This document shows, piece by piece, positions 10,282 to 21,511 of a DNA stretch of 64,000 nt. The notes under the pieces are model-generated. The model had not been told where the DNA came from, ran no database searches, and saw only the letters and a list, made by a program, of their open reading frames with translations. The stretch covers positions 14,247,190 through 14,311,189 of the forward strand of contig NC_085846.1 of assembly GCF_035594765.1 (NCBI RefSeq), given 5' to 3'. The stretch is from Anolis carolinensis (lineage: Eukaryota). Numbering within the stretch: the first letter of the stretch is position 1; each line of letters begins with the position of its first letter. Position numbers and translations under genes: made by a program.

Positions 10282-13200
10282 CTAAATATATTGAAATAGC
10301 CAGTTCCTCCAGTAGACGATAATCCTGGAGAGAAGGGAGAGTTAGTGTCCCTCTGCCATCCTCCCTAAATCTTAGCCTTTAATGTGGCGACAAATTTATT
10401 TGAGATGGAGAGCTTGGTTGTTGGTGATACTCACGAGAATAACATCACCAGAAAGAGCACTGCACCCATACACAGAACAATGGCGACTCCAGTTCGGGCA
10501 ATATTGGGGTCCTTCAGGGGCTGTCCATAACGGAGGGACAGGCGTTCCTCGAAATCAACTGCAAGGGGAGAAGTTCCAGATTTGGTATTTGGATGGAAAC
10601 AGCAATTTCTAGTCTCTTCTTTCTACCACTTGAGCTCATACCCCAAGCAACTTAGAGGGCCCTTCCACACAGCTATATAACTCAGAATATCAAGGCATAT
10701 AATCCACAATATCTGCTTTGAACTTGATTATCTGTGTCCACACTGCCATATAATCTAGTTCAATGTGGATTTTATTCAGCTGTGTGAAAGGGGCCAGAGA
10801 CACTCCAGATTAGATTCCCAACACTTGGGGTCTGGTTCCTCTTCATTGGCCCTACGGAAGGAGGGGGACTCTCAGGAAAAGGACACGGCCTTGAAAAGCA
10901 TGTGTCTGCATGACTATAAATACCTCACATTTATGTGTTTCATTCTTATATGATACACTATCAAGAGCTGCACTTTTTGTAACATCACGAAGGCCTGAAA
11001 TATCACATTTGCTTGTCTCTAGGGGCGTATCTACACTGTAGAATCAATAATTTGACACCCCCTTCACTCAATGCTATGGAATTGCAGGAGCTTCTTGATC
11101 TTTATTTTAAAAAACCCATCTATGTCAGTCCTTCTCTTTGGCTTGGACAATACGAGCTCTTTGCTGACATTGCTGTGATTGGCCAACTTTGTTTTTTAAT
11201 TGCTTTCATGTTGGAGGACATAAATCCAGCAAGTCTTGAGCGAGGCACGCCATGATACTAATCTCCTCCTCTGCTGCATGCAGCCTCGTGCCTTCTGTCA
11301 CACGCCTGCTGTCCACCCACCACCTCATATTTCCAGCAGGACTTACCAAAGCACTGGCCTATAGTCATGCAGTAAGCCGCAGTCGCATGGCATCCTTTGC
11401 AATTCATCACTTGATAGTTGAGTGTGCCTGAAACCGGGGCAGGCCAGGAATAGGATGGAGGAAGGAAATATAGGTCACACCAGCCATAGAATAATCCCAG
11501 TCATATAAACACTGGCAGAGCCTATTCCCAAAACTCGTCCCACGGATTTACACAATTCCTAAGACAAAGGGAAGATTCTTTATACTTCTGAGATGTTTCA
11601 TGACATGATTCCATCTTAGGAATCCTGGGATTTGCAGTTTAGGAAGGGACCTTTAGAATCCTCAGCGAAAGAGTATTCCATAGGACATTGCCATGCAGCT
11701 AAAGGGGAAGGATACTGCTATAATTGTTTGTAGGAATTGTAATTGTTGGAAACTTTCTGAATGATACCCCCTCCCCGCGAAACATGGCTATAATGATATT
11801 TTGGGAGTTGTAGACCAAAATAATTATTTTTCTTAGATACTTTGGAGACAGCAGTGATTCGTTTTTTCTAGAGACACTCAGCCATTGACAATGCAAATGG
11901 GATTTCTCAGCTCACTACAGTTTGCTCCTTTGAATTCCTCCCCAACCACATCCCATGCACTCATAACAATAGCTTTTATTTGCCAGATCCCCCTCAAATA
12001 TTCTGCTTCAAATATTCTGAAAGTAGATTAAGTAAACTTACCACATATTTTTTTATTACAAGCTGTGAAGAATGAGAATCTGACATTAGTATACCATGGC
12101 AAAAAGATCCATTGTCCACAAGTCTATTTTCGCATCTCTCTCCACTCCCCTTCAATTCTAGAATCATGTGCTTGTATATACATACAGTAGAGTCTCACTT
12201 ATCCAACACTCGCTTATCCAACGTTCTGGATTATCCAACACATTTTTGTAGTCAATGTTTTCAATACATCGTGATATTTTGGTGCTAAATTCGTAAATAC
12301 AGTAATTAATACATAGCATTGCTGCGTATTGAACTACTTTTTCTGTCAAATTTGTTGTTAAACATGATGTTTTGGTGCTTAATTTGTAAAATCATAACCT
12401 AATTTGATGTTTAATAGGCATTTCCTTAATGCCTCCTTATTATCCAACATATTCGCTTATTCTGCCAGCCCGTTTCTGTTGGATAAGTGAGACTCTACTG
12501 TATAAAGGAGCCGCAGTGGCACACTGGGTTAAACCCTTGTGCCAGATGAACTGCTGACCTGAAGGTTGGGTTGCTGACCTGAAGGTGGCCGGTAGAAATC
12601 CGTGAGACAGGGTGAGCTCCCATCTGTCAGCTCTAGCTTGCGGGGACATGAGAGAAGCCTCCCAGCTATCACATCTGGGCATCCCTTGGGCAACGTCAGG
12701 AGAGAATGCTTCTGGAAAATGGCCATACAGCCAGGAAAACTCACAGCAACCCAATATTTTCACTGTTAAAGGTGGGAGGTGGGAAGTCTATTTTGATCTT
12801 GGATTATCATTTTTATTATTGCTTTTCAATAGGGCAGGTGGGGGAAACTAGTTTAAATGGATATGCATAGCGCTGTAAGTCATAGAGGGGAAAATTATTG
12901 TCTATATCAATTGTACAATACAGTAGAGTCTCACTTATCCAACACTAGCTTATCCAACGTTCTGGATTATCCAACGCATTTTTGTAGTCAATGTTTTCAA
13001 TACATCATGATATTTTGGTGCTAAATTCGTAAATACAGTAATTACTAGATAGCATTACTGTGTATTCAACTACGTTTTCTGTCTAATTTGTTGTATAACA
13101 TGATGTTTTGGTGCTTAATTTGTAAAATCATAACCTAATTTGATGTTTAATAGGCTTTCCTTAATGCCTCCTTATTATCCAACATATTCGCTTATCCAAC

Positions 13201-16065
13201 ATTCTGCCGGCCCATTTATTTTGGATAAGTGAGACTCTACTGTAATACTTATATTGCTAGAAAAAATAATAGTTTTTTTTAAAAAAAAGGCTATTTTCTG
13301 CCTTGAGCACTCAGTCCTCAAAAGGCCTGCCGAAATACAAAGGTCTCCAATTATGGGACTTAGAGAGAACCCAATACCTTTCACCTGGTGTTCTTTTAAT
13401 GCCCGCTTCAGCTTCAGGGTGGTAGCCTTCCGGAAAGCGACCAGTTTTTCCAGCAGATCCTCATCTGGGAACAGAATGAGAAGATGCGTGGCTGGGGAGA
13501 GGTCCCCTGCAAGGTTGGTTCAGGAACCAAAAGAGACTTCCTGGCAAAATAGCATATTGGTTAGACCAGGGCAAACTTGGGCCCTCCAGGTGTTTTGGAC
13601 TTCAACTCCCACCATTCCTGGCCTCAGGCCCTTTCCTTTTCCCCCTCAGCCGCTTAAGCGGCTGAGGGGGGAAAGGAAGGGGCCTGAGGCCAGGAATGGT
13701 GGGAGTTGAAGTCCAAAACACCTGGAGGGCCCAAGTTTGCCCATGCCTGGGAGAGACAGCTTGGGAACAATCCCAATATAAAGGCACTTTAGGAAAGGAG
13801 GAGTTAATATCCTCACCTGTAAGTGTTGTTTTAAGGAGTTCTGCAGTGGTGGCTCTCACCTCCACGATCAAGTCGTCAACTTTTCTCTTAACTAGGAAGA
13901 ACACAAAGATGCCCCTTACCCAAATTATATAAAGAAAGCACACTGCACCTCTGAGTATATGACAGAAGACGAGAGTCTGCAACAAATAATGGCACATTGC
14001 ACTTTCCCAGTTTAATTTGATATTTTTTTAAAATCATATAATGGAGTGGTTAGAAGGTTCAATTAAGAACGTGGAAGCCCAAGTTCTAGTTCCTACCAAA
14101 ACATGAACTAAATGTTCTTCAGCTAGTTCTCCTCCCTGCCAGTCCATAATTGTCAGTCCAGAGGTTTTATGGGTCAACCCTGAGACCTAGGGTTGGCCCC
14201 TATTTAATGTCATGTAGTGAAACACATTACTGATGGCATTAAGTGAAATGTATCACCGGAAGAACATATTTTCCGGTTTGGAAATTAAGACAGAAATCTG
14301 TTCAAAGTGAGGTGATAATTCCTTCTCACTGACATGGGAAAATAGGACAAGGAATTGTTAACCCATCCCTTTTGTGTCTATCCCAGAGGTAAATGCAGAG
14401 CGGAGTGGAAGGTGAATCCTGGCACTGTAGTGACTGATAGGGAACTTTTTTTCATGAGAAACTGGTGTGAGAGAACTGGCTGTCTGCAAGGACGTTGCCC
14501 AGGGAACGCCCGGATGTTTTGATGTTTTTACCATTCTTGTGAGAGGCTTCTCTCATGTTGCCGCATGGAGCTGGAGCTGATAGAGGGAGCTCATCCCCAC
14601 TCTCCCCAGGTTGGATTCAAACCGGCAACTTTCAGGTCAGCAACCCAACCTTTAAGTCATCAGTCCTTCCAGCACAAGGGTTTAACCCGCTGCACCATCG
14701 GGGGCTCCCATAGGGGACTGAAAACCTAACAAAGTCGATATCTAGATTCTCCTTAGAATCCGATGAAACTTTGGAAAGTGTACCAAACTCTTGCACTCCC
14801 AAGTCCTTGCTGCTTGTCTGGACCTAAATGGGAAAATGTGCACCTTCGCCTGAAGATGGACCTTGAAAACTGGAAACTCAGGATCTGGGATCTGGCAACA
14901 TTACTCTGTCTGCTTGGCTATAAGTATACAGTAGAGAGGAAGAAATGTCATTGGAGGAAAAGTGTGATATAAGTAGAATCAATAAAATGCCATGCAGTTC
15001 AATGTAGTTAAACTTCATTATATGAGTCTGTACCAGGCATGGGCAAACTTTGTCCCTCCAGGTGTTTTGGACTCCAACTCCCACCATTCCTAACAGCCTC
15101 AGGCCCCTTCGCTTAAGCGGCTGAGAGGGAAAAGGAAAGGGCCTGAGGCTGTTAGGAATGGTGGGAGTTGGAGTCCAAAACATCCGGAGGGACAAAGTTT
15201 GCTCATGCCAGGTCTATACTGATAGAGCCTTTAAGCAGAGGAAAGGTTTATGAAATAAGGAGTGTTTCATACCTGTGGGAAGACAGAAATCTTGCTGACA
15301 TTGTCAGTTAGTTACCTTTTAATTATGATCCTTTCTATTGTCTAAAAAGTTTGTAAATTGCCTTAAGTCACAATATTGGAGAAAGTCGGGGCATTCATCT
15401 CCAGCAGTAATAAGTATTTATCCCCCCCCCCCCTTTTTTAAATACTAACTTCTGTCAAAGTGCCTTAAAAAAACTCCTGTGCTGATGTGGTCTAAAAGTG
15501 GATTTAATTTTTAAAATGTGCTGAGAACCACCCTTTCACTAAGTTAATTACATGGCTCAAGCAGGATGAAGATGTCATGAGTTAGTGATGTCTCAAGCAC
15601 GAGCTAATAACTATCCGTATAATTCTTGCATGAATTGATGAATTTCACTTTGCAATTCACAAAGTACATTAAAGAAACGTTACCACATCTTCTCAGCAGT
15701 GAGATGGGAGAAAGATACACGTTGGGGACACAAAGCGTGAATTCTTCACACCGTCACAACATATCCACCGAAGCAACCCCAAAGTTTTGATTCTAATTTC
15801 TGACCACGCAAAATGGAGCCAAGGCCATACCGGCAAGGCCAGGAAACTGGTTGTTGGCGTAGTTGTAGAAAAAGTTTTTTTCAAGGTCTTCGAGGAGAAC
15901 TTCAGCCCGTCCCTTGATGCGGGTGTCATGGATCTGACGCGGCACGACTATCGTCCGGAGTTTTTCCACATTTTCCTTGAACTGTTCATCACATTGCAAG
16001 CAGCCCAAGGCAGCTGTGGGCAAACAGAGCAGAGACAACACAAATGGAAGACCTGAATCAAGCAT
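10282..16065 (-). CDS. IZUMO2: Izumo sperm-egg fusion protein 2; complement(join(10282..10324,10435..10558,11347..11427,12042..12062,13378..13464,13817..13891,15831..16065)); 221 aa
   Basis: The 666-nt spliced ORF reads MLDSGLPFVLSLLCLPTAALGCLQCDEQF..RAEVLLEDLEKNFFYNYANNQFPGLA/VKRKVDD../DEDLLEKLVAFR..HQVK/ACNKKIC/GTLNYQVMNCKGC..C..QCF/VDFEERLSLRY..TM helix/IIVYWRNWLFQYI. It aligns with human IZUMO2 (FFRDYA, DEPLLEELV, ACNPKLC, CFVD) and is head-to-head with the myosin gene as IZUMO2/MYH14 are in human. Minus-strand AATAAA at 10106-10111. Confidence 0.92.
13567..13749. mobile_element. Fully palindromic hAT MITE. Other copies: 15034-15211, 27814-27943, 33153-33935 (interrupted), 35283-35413, 46151-46284, 51771-51964, 57014-57207; half copies near 22580, 37775 and 44102
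   Basis: CAGGCATGGGCAAA...TTTGCCCATGCCTG ends; the longer copies fold about CCGCTTAAGCGG. 8-bp TSDs include gtgtagag (46143/46285) and atgtatag (33145/33936). Confidence 0.85.
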
Positions 16066-18004
16066 GGCGCAAGCCAAGAAAGTTGCTCTTTCGAGGTTCT
16101 GTAGGAAATGACATCATAATGGAGGGTGTTGCATTATTCTCAGCACAGAAATTGAGAAAGTTCTTTTATGGGATTTTGCCTCTCAGGACCCATCTACACT
16201 GCCATATCACACAGTTTCAGAATGTAGATTAACTGCATTGGACTGGACAGTATGGCAATGTAGGCCTCTTCTACATTGCCATATAATCCAGATGATCTAA
16301 TCAGATAATCCACATTATTTTATTATTTATTTACTGTACAGTAGAGTCTCACTTATCCAACACTCGCTTATCCAACGTTCTGGATTATCCAACACATTTT
16401 TGTAGTCAATGTTTTCAATACATTGTGATATTTTGGTGCTAAATTTGTAAATACAGTAATTACTACTTAGCATTACTGCGTATTGAACTACTTTTTCTGT
16501 CAAATTTGTTGTATAACATGATGTTTTGATGCTTAATTTGTAAAATCATAACCTAATTTGATGTTCAATAGGCTTTTCCTTAATGCTTCCTTATTATCCA
16601 ACATATTCGCTTATCCAACATTCTGCCAGCCTGTTTATGTTGGATAAGTGAGACTCTACTGTATTTATATTCCACCCTTCTCACACCAAAGGAGACTCAG
16701 GGCGGATCACAATGCACATATACATGGCAAATATTCAATGCCATTAGACATATGACATATAGACAGACACAGAGGCAACATTTTCCAGCTTCATGAGGGT
16801 ATACTCGTTTCCAGCCACAGGGGGAGCTGCCGCTTCATCGTCCACTTGTGACACCGAGTCCTTGATGGAGTACTTCCTCATTCCTTTCCGCACGCTGCTG
16901 GAAGTTTTTACAGTGTTGTAAATTAGTTAAATTAGCCTCCCTGCATAAAGCAGTACTTAAATTTTCTACTCGACAGATGCAACTGTCTTTTGAGCTGCTT
17001 AGGTCAACAGCAAGCTAGGCTATTAAATGGTCAGGAACTCAATCCGACCCGGGCTTCGATCTCATGACTTCTCGGTCAGTAGTGATTTATTGGAGCAGGC
17101 AACTAACCATCTGCGCCACAGCCCAGCCCTTCCTTGTACTGGATTATCTAAATCTATACTACCACAATCTAGTTCAAATCACATAATCTGGATTTTGTAT
17201 GACAGTGTAGAAGGGGCCATAAATTCATATAATCCAGTTCAACACAGTTCAATCTGCATTATATGAGTCTAAGCTGACCATATAATGCAGTTCAAATAGT
17301 GTTATAAGGTCATGTAGATGAGACCTCAAGCTCTTCTCAAGTTTTGGTAAAGTTTGATGTTTCGAAGTGATGGTAAATTTGTGGCCTCCTACATTTTGTT
17401 ACCTCCACTTTTTCCATATTCAGTGCCATGCTAGTTGTATCTGTTGGGAATTTTAGTCCCACAATAATTCACAAATTGTCCAGACTTTTGGAGCTAAGCA
17501 TCTGTGAACATGAACACCAGATTTATTGTCACCGATCCTTGTTTAAGCTCATGGATCACACAAAATGCCCAATAAGAAGGCTGTGTGTAATTACATGATC
17601 ATATTCCAGAGACATACACATTATGATTAGGTTTCATTACTTATAAAGCATTTTAAAAATGTATTAAATATGTATTTATTCCAAGTGGTTTACAGATCAA
17701 GACAACAGATAGATGGATGGTTAGAAAAAAAGAAAATTGCACTTTCAATCTTACAATCTAAAAGACGTTATATGAAAGGAAAATGTAGGGAGGAAGCACA
17801 GTAAAGCAGCTGCCATGGACAACAGGCATGTGGTGCTATGGAAAGTAAAAAATATTCATTATTAATATTTTTAGCCTGAACAAAACCACTGTTCAGGTGG
17901 GCAAGAATTAATCTTGAGTATAAGAGCAAATGGCAATGTTTTCAAACACAAATACTACAGTTTTGTGAGAACAGAAGCATCAGCCTAAGTATTAGGTCTC
18001 TTTG

Positions 18005-20205
18005 TTATTTCTCGGAGTTCTGGTTCATGTGATTCTCTGGGGCTGTAGGTGGAAATAGCTGAGCCAAGCCTGGCACGGTTCGGAAGAGGTGGGAGGTGGC
18101 ATCACCGGCATCCCTTTGGCGCAGGTAGCACAGAAAAGCTGTCCACACAAAGGAGCAGGCGCCCACGTAAGTTGTGCGGAACATGGGTGGCACAAGAGCA
18201 AAATTCACTGCCTGGTGAAAAGGAGAGAGATGACAAGCTGGAACATTAACATTTTGGTTGAAGTGGATTTTCCAGTATGATGCCTCTTCTCATCTCAGAC
18301 TGGCTGGGACATACCTAGAGTTTGGAAACATGATTGCCTTGGGAGAACAGCTCCTCCACCTAGCATAGTCAACCCAAAGTTCCTTCTGTACTTCCTTCTG
18401 AAACTGGTTTTTCTAGGTCAACCTAGACTGGGATGCTGGTGAGGTTTGGAGATGTTCTAAATCTAGTTGAAGAAGTCATGACTTTCCAGATGTCATTAGA
18501 CTCCATTGAAGCCCAGGTGGCGCAATGGGTTAAACTCTTGTGCCGACAGGACTGCTGACCAACAGGTTGGCAGTTTGAATCCGGGGAGAGTGGGTGAGCT
18601 CCCTCTGTTAGCTCCAGCTCCCCATGCAGGGACATGAGAGAAGCTTCCCACAAGGATGGTAAAACATTAAACATCCAAGCTTCCCCTGGGCAACGTCCTT
18701 GCAGACAGCCAATTCTCTCACACCAAAAGCGACTTGTTGTTTCTCAAGTTGCTCCTGACACAAATAAAAATGGACTCCAACTCCCATTAGTTCGAGATAC
18801 CATGACCAGTAGTTGGGCAGAGTGGGAGTTGTAGTCCTGCTGTTTTTGGAGAACTAATGGGTCCTCCAGAAGCTGCAATAAACTGAATTTAAAATGGAGA
18901 AGTATGTTTGACACCATAGCTGTTTAAAGGCACTGAATCCATCATTTCCTTCTCTGCATTCAAAAACCTATTAACTCCATATTTCAGGTAGTGGGACTAG
19001 AAAAGGAAAGTGAAATCAGAAACACTTACCTGGAACAAAGTCCAGCACAACACCCCAGCCTGAAGGAAGAGGAAGCAAAAATAAAAAATGGAGCATCCAG
19101 ACTAAGTGTCAAAGTCCCTAACAAGATCTCTCTTTAAGCACTGAAAATTTTGGACCAGTGGTTCTCAAGATGTGGGATCCCAGATGTTTTGGCTTCAACT
19201 CCCAGAAATCCTAACAGCTGCGATTTCTGGCTGGCATTTCTGGGAGTTGTTGGCCAAAACACCTGGGGACCCACAGATTGAGAACCATTATTTTAGACAG
19301 ATGATCCCCCTCCTGAATAATACTATGGTTAACTTTTGGTAAAAGCATATCATAGAATTCTGCTGGAGGACCTAGTAAATACCTAGAGAGAAAATTGTAT
19401 TGGCCATTTAAACAAATTCATGGGTACAAGTTCCATTGGTATGTTAGTTTTTCTGTATAATATTTAATATTTATTGATGGTAATTGAATAATATAAATGT
19501 TATATGTTAACATTTTTATTTCATATTTAATAGCAGCATCTATCACGGCATCATCAATACAATATTCCATCAGGAATCCAGAAATCACAGAGCTGTGATG
19601 AAAAATCTCACCCTGTTTCTAATGTGGGGAAAACACAATAAAAGTCTCACACAAAGCAGGCATAATTTTTATCCCATAGTTTCTATGACTCTCAGTTTTG
19701 CAGGGTTATGAAAATTAATATACAACACATTACCTTGTAAGATGACCAGAATTTTTCCCGCAAATTCCCGAAGATGTCACGTTCACCATCCAGAAGAGAG
19801 AGGCCTGGAAAACACAGAAAACTGGTCTCCAAACCATGTCACCATATTTGGAAGACACCCTTCTCACCTGTACCTTCTCTCACCTGTGTAAAATGCCCCA
19901 ATGGTGATTGGGGCGGCTATGGCCTGGTCACATGCCACCTTTACAATCACCTTGGAAACATTTGCTCCTGGAAGAAGACGTTCCAAGGCCCGGAACCAGA
20001 CATAATTGAAGTTGGCGTGGAAAGTGAACCCTACCAGCGCCACTTTGGCCGTCTGCTTCAGGTCCAAAGCAGTGCACCAAAGCTGGTCCTGATGGGCCCT
20101 TGACAATACCTGCTGGACCACATCGGCTGCAGAAAACAGAGTCCCATAGGCAGCAACATTCAGCACCCAAGGATGGCGATGCACCAGGCTGCGCAAAGGG
20201 CGCAT
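18005..20205 (-). CDS. Mpv17-like protein (Mpv17/PMP22 family, MPV17L-type); complement(join(18005..18211,19030..19059,19734..19804,19884..20205)); 209 aa
   Basis: The 630-nt spliced ORF reads HPWVLNVAAYGTLFSAADVVQQ..DLKQTAKVALVGFTFHANFNYVWFRALERLLPG..KVACDQAIAAPITIGAFYTG/LSLLDGERDIFGNLREKFWSSYK/AGVLCWTLFQ/AVNFALVPPMFRTTYVGACSFVWTAFLCYL. FHANFNYVW and the 71-nt and 30-nt internal exons are MPV17L-type. A strong acceptor at about 20294 implies upstream non-coding exon(s). Confidence 0.9.
18512..18762 (+). mobile_element. tRNA-derived Anolis SINE2-type element. Other copies: 12507-12697 (+, truncated), 14455-14708 (-), 36528-36800 (+), 47540-47785 (-)
   Basis: A-box tggcgcaatgg, B-box gtttgaatcc and the shared body gagagaagcctcccacaaggatgg...gggcaacgtccttgcagac...ctcctgaca. 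Confidence 0.75.
19156..19288. mobile_element. Second hAT-type palindromic MITE family; copies also at about 55478-55610 and 63332-63467
   Basis: CAGTGGTTCTCAA...TTGAGAACCACTG type termini. Confidence 0.7.
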
Positions 20206-20741
20206 TTAGTTGGCACACCAAAGTGGCAGAAGAGCAGTTCCTCAAGGTGGTGAATCTCTCTTTTCAGATGGATTGTAATAGCAGTTGTGTTGTCTACAAA
20301 TGCACACAGAGAGAGATGGAGGGAAAGACACACACACATTTTTGAATTTAAAAAAACCCCTAAATTATTAGAAACCAATAAGTTTTTAATTTTGTAATTC
20401 TGCAGAATGGAGGAAAAAAACATCTGAGAAATAGTTTCCTAACATTTAGTTTCCCCCCCAAAGCATATTAACTTGAACAGGTATTTATAACCTTGTGCAT
20501 TTTACACATAACCTCTATTGATTGGCATTGCATCATTTAAATACAACCGCATTAGAAAAATTCCTAAATAACAAGAAATTATCATAAAATTAAGCATGAA
20601 TATTTGTATGTAATGAAGACCCCTTTTTCATGGTCTGTACCAGGCAGATTAAAAGGATTCTAAGTCTTATTAGAAAGTCTTTCAAGTCCTCTGACTCTTA
20701 GGAGATGGTACCTCTCTCCTTTCAAGACAATTAAGTTGCAA

Positions 20742-21511
20742 TGTGTTGTCGAAGGCTTTCATGGCCGGAATCATTGGCTTGCTGTGAGTTTTCCAGGCTG
20801 TATGGCTATGTCCTGACATTTTGGCCACATCTATGGTAGGCATCCTCAGAGGCCGTGAGATCTGTTGGAAACTAGGCAAGTGGAGTTTATATATCTGTGG
20901 AAGATCCAGGGTGGGAGAAAGAACTTGAGGCTGGTGTGAATGTTGAAATTGGATACCTTGATCAGCATTGAATGGCTTTTCAGCTTCAAAGCCTGGTTGC
21001 TTCCTGTCTGCGGTAAATGTTAGCTGGCCCTGATTGTTTCCTGTCTGGAATTCCCCTGTTTTTTTTTAGTGTTGTGCTTTACTTACGGTCCTGATTTTAG
21101 AGTTTTTAACACCATGAACAAAATCTGGCTACCAGTATTTAAAAACCCTAAAATCAGGACAGTAAATAAAGAACAGCACTCAGAAGACAGGGGAATTCCA
21201 GACAGGAAACAATCAGGGCCAACTAATACTTCCCAACAAAGAATTCACTCGGCAGGAAGCAGCCAGGCTTTGAAGCTGAAAGGCCATTCAAAGCTAATCA
21301 AGGTGTCCAATTGCAACATTCACACTTGCCTCAGGCAGAAAAGAGTTCTTTCTCCCACCCTGGATATTATTCCACAGATATATAAACCCTACTTGCCTAG
21401 TTTCCAACAGACCTCACAACCTCTGAGGATACCTGTCATATATGTGGGCAAAACGTCAGGAGAGAATGCTCCTGGAACATGGCCATACAGCCCGGAAAAC
21501 TCACAGCAACC
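20742..21511. mobile_element. Penelope-like element, inverted pair of terminal (pseudo-LTR) segments. Similar pairs: 24982-25220, 26656-26866, 31296-32350, 55901-56600, 59920-60830; single copy at 34753-34873
   Basis: The shared sequence gtgttgtcgaaggctttcatggcc..gaagcattctctcctgacgtttcgcccacatctatggcaggcatcctcagagg recurs in both orientations and contains a hammerhead core. The 13-bp direct flank caattaagttRca occurs at 20728 and 21512. Confidence 0.75.

Noticed and set aside
13254-13997. Long overlapping ORFs of 151 aa and 131 aa
   Set aside because: They are antisense or read-through of IZUMO2 exons plus a palindromic MITE that yields the same peptide on both strands.
1-16065. Identification of any of the three genes as IZUMO1 or SPACA6
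   Set aside because: None has Ig-domain exons between the Izumo domain and the TM helix.
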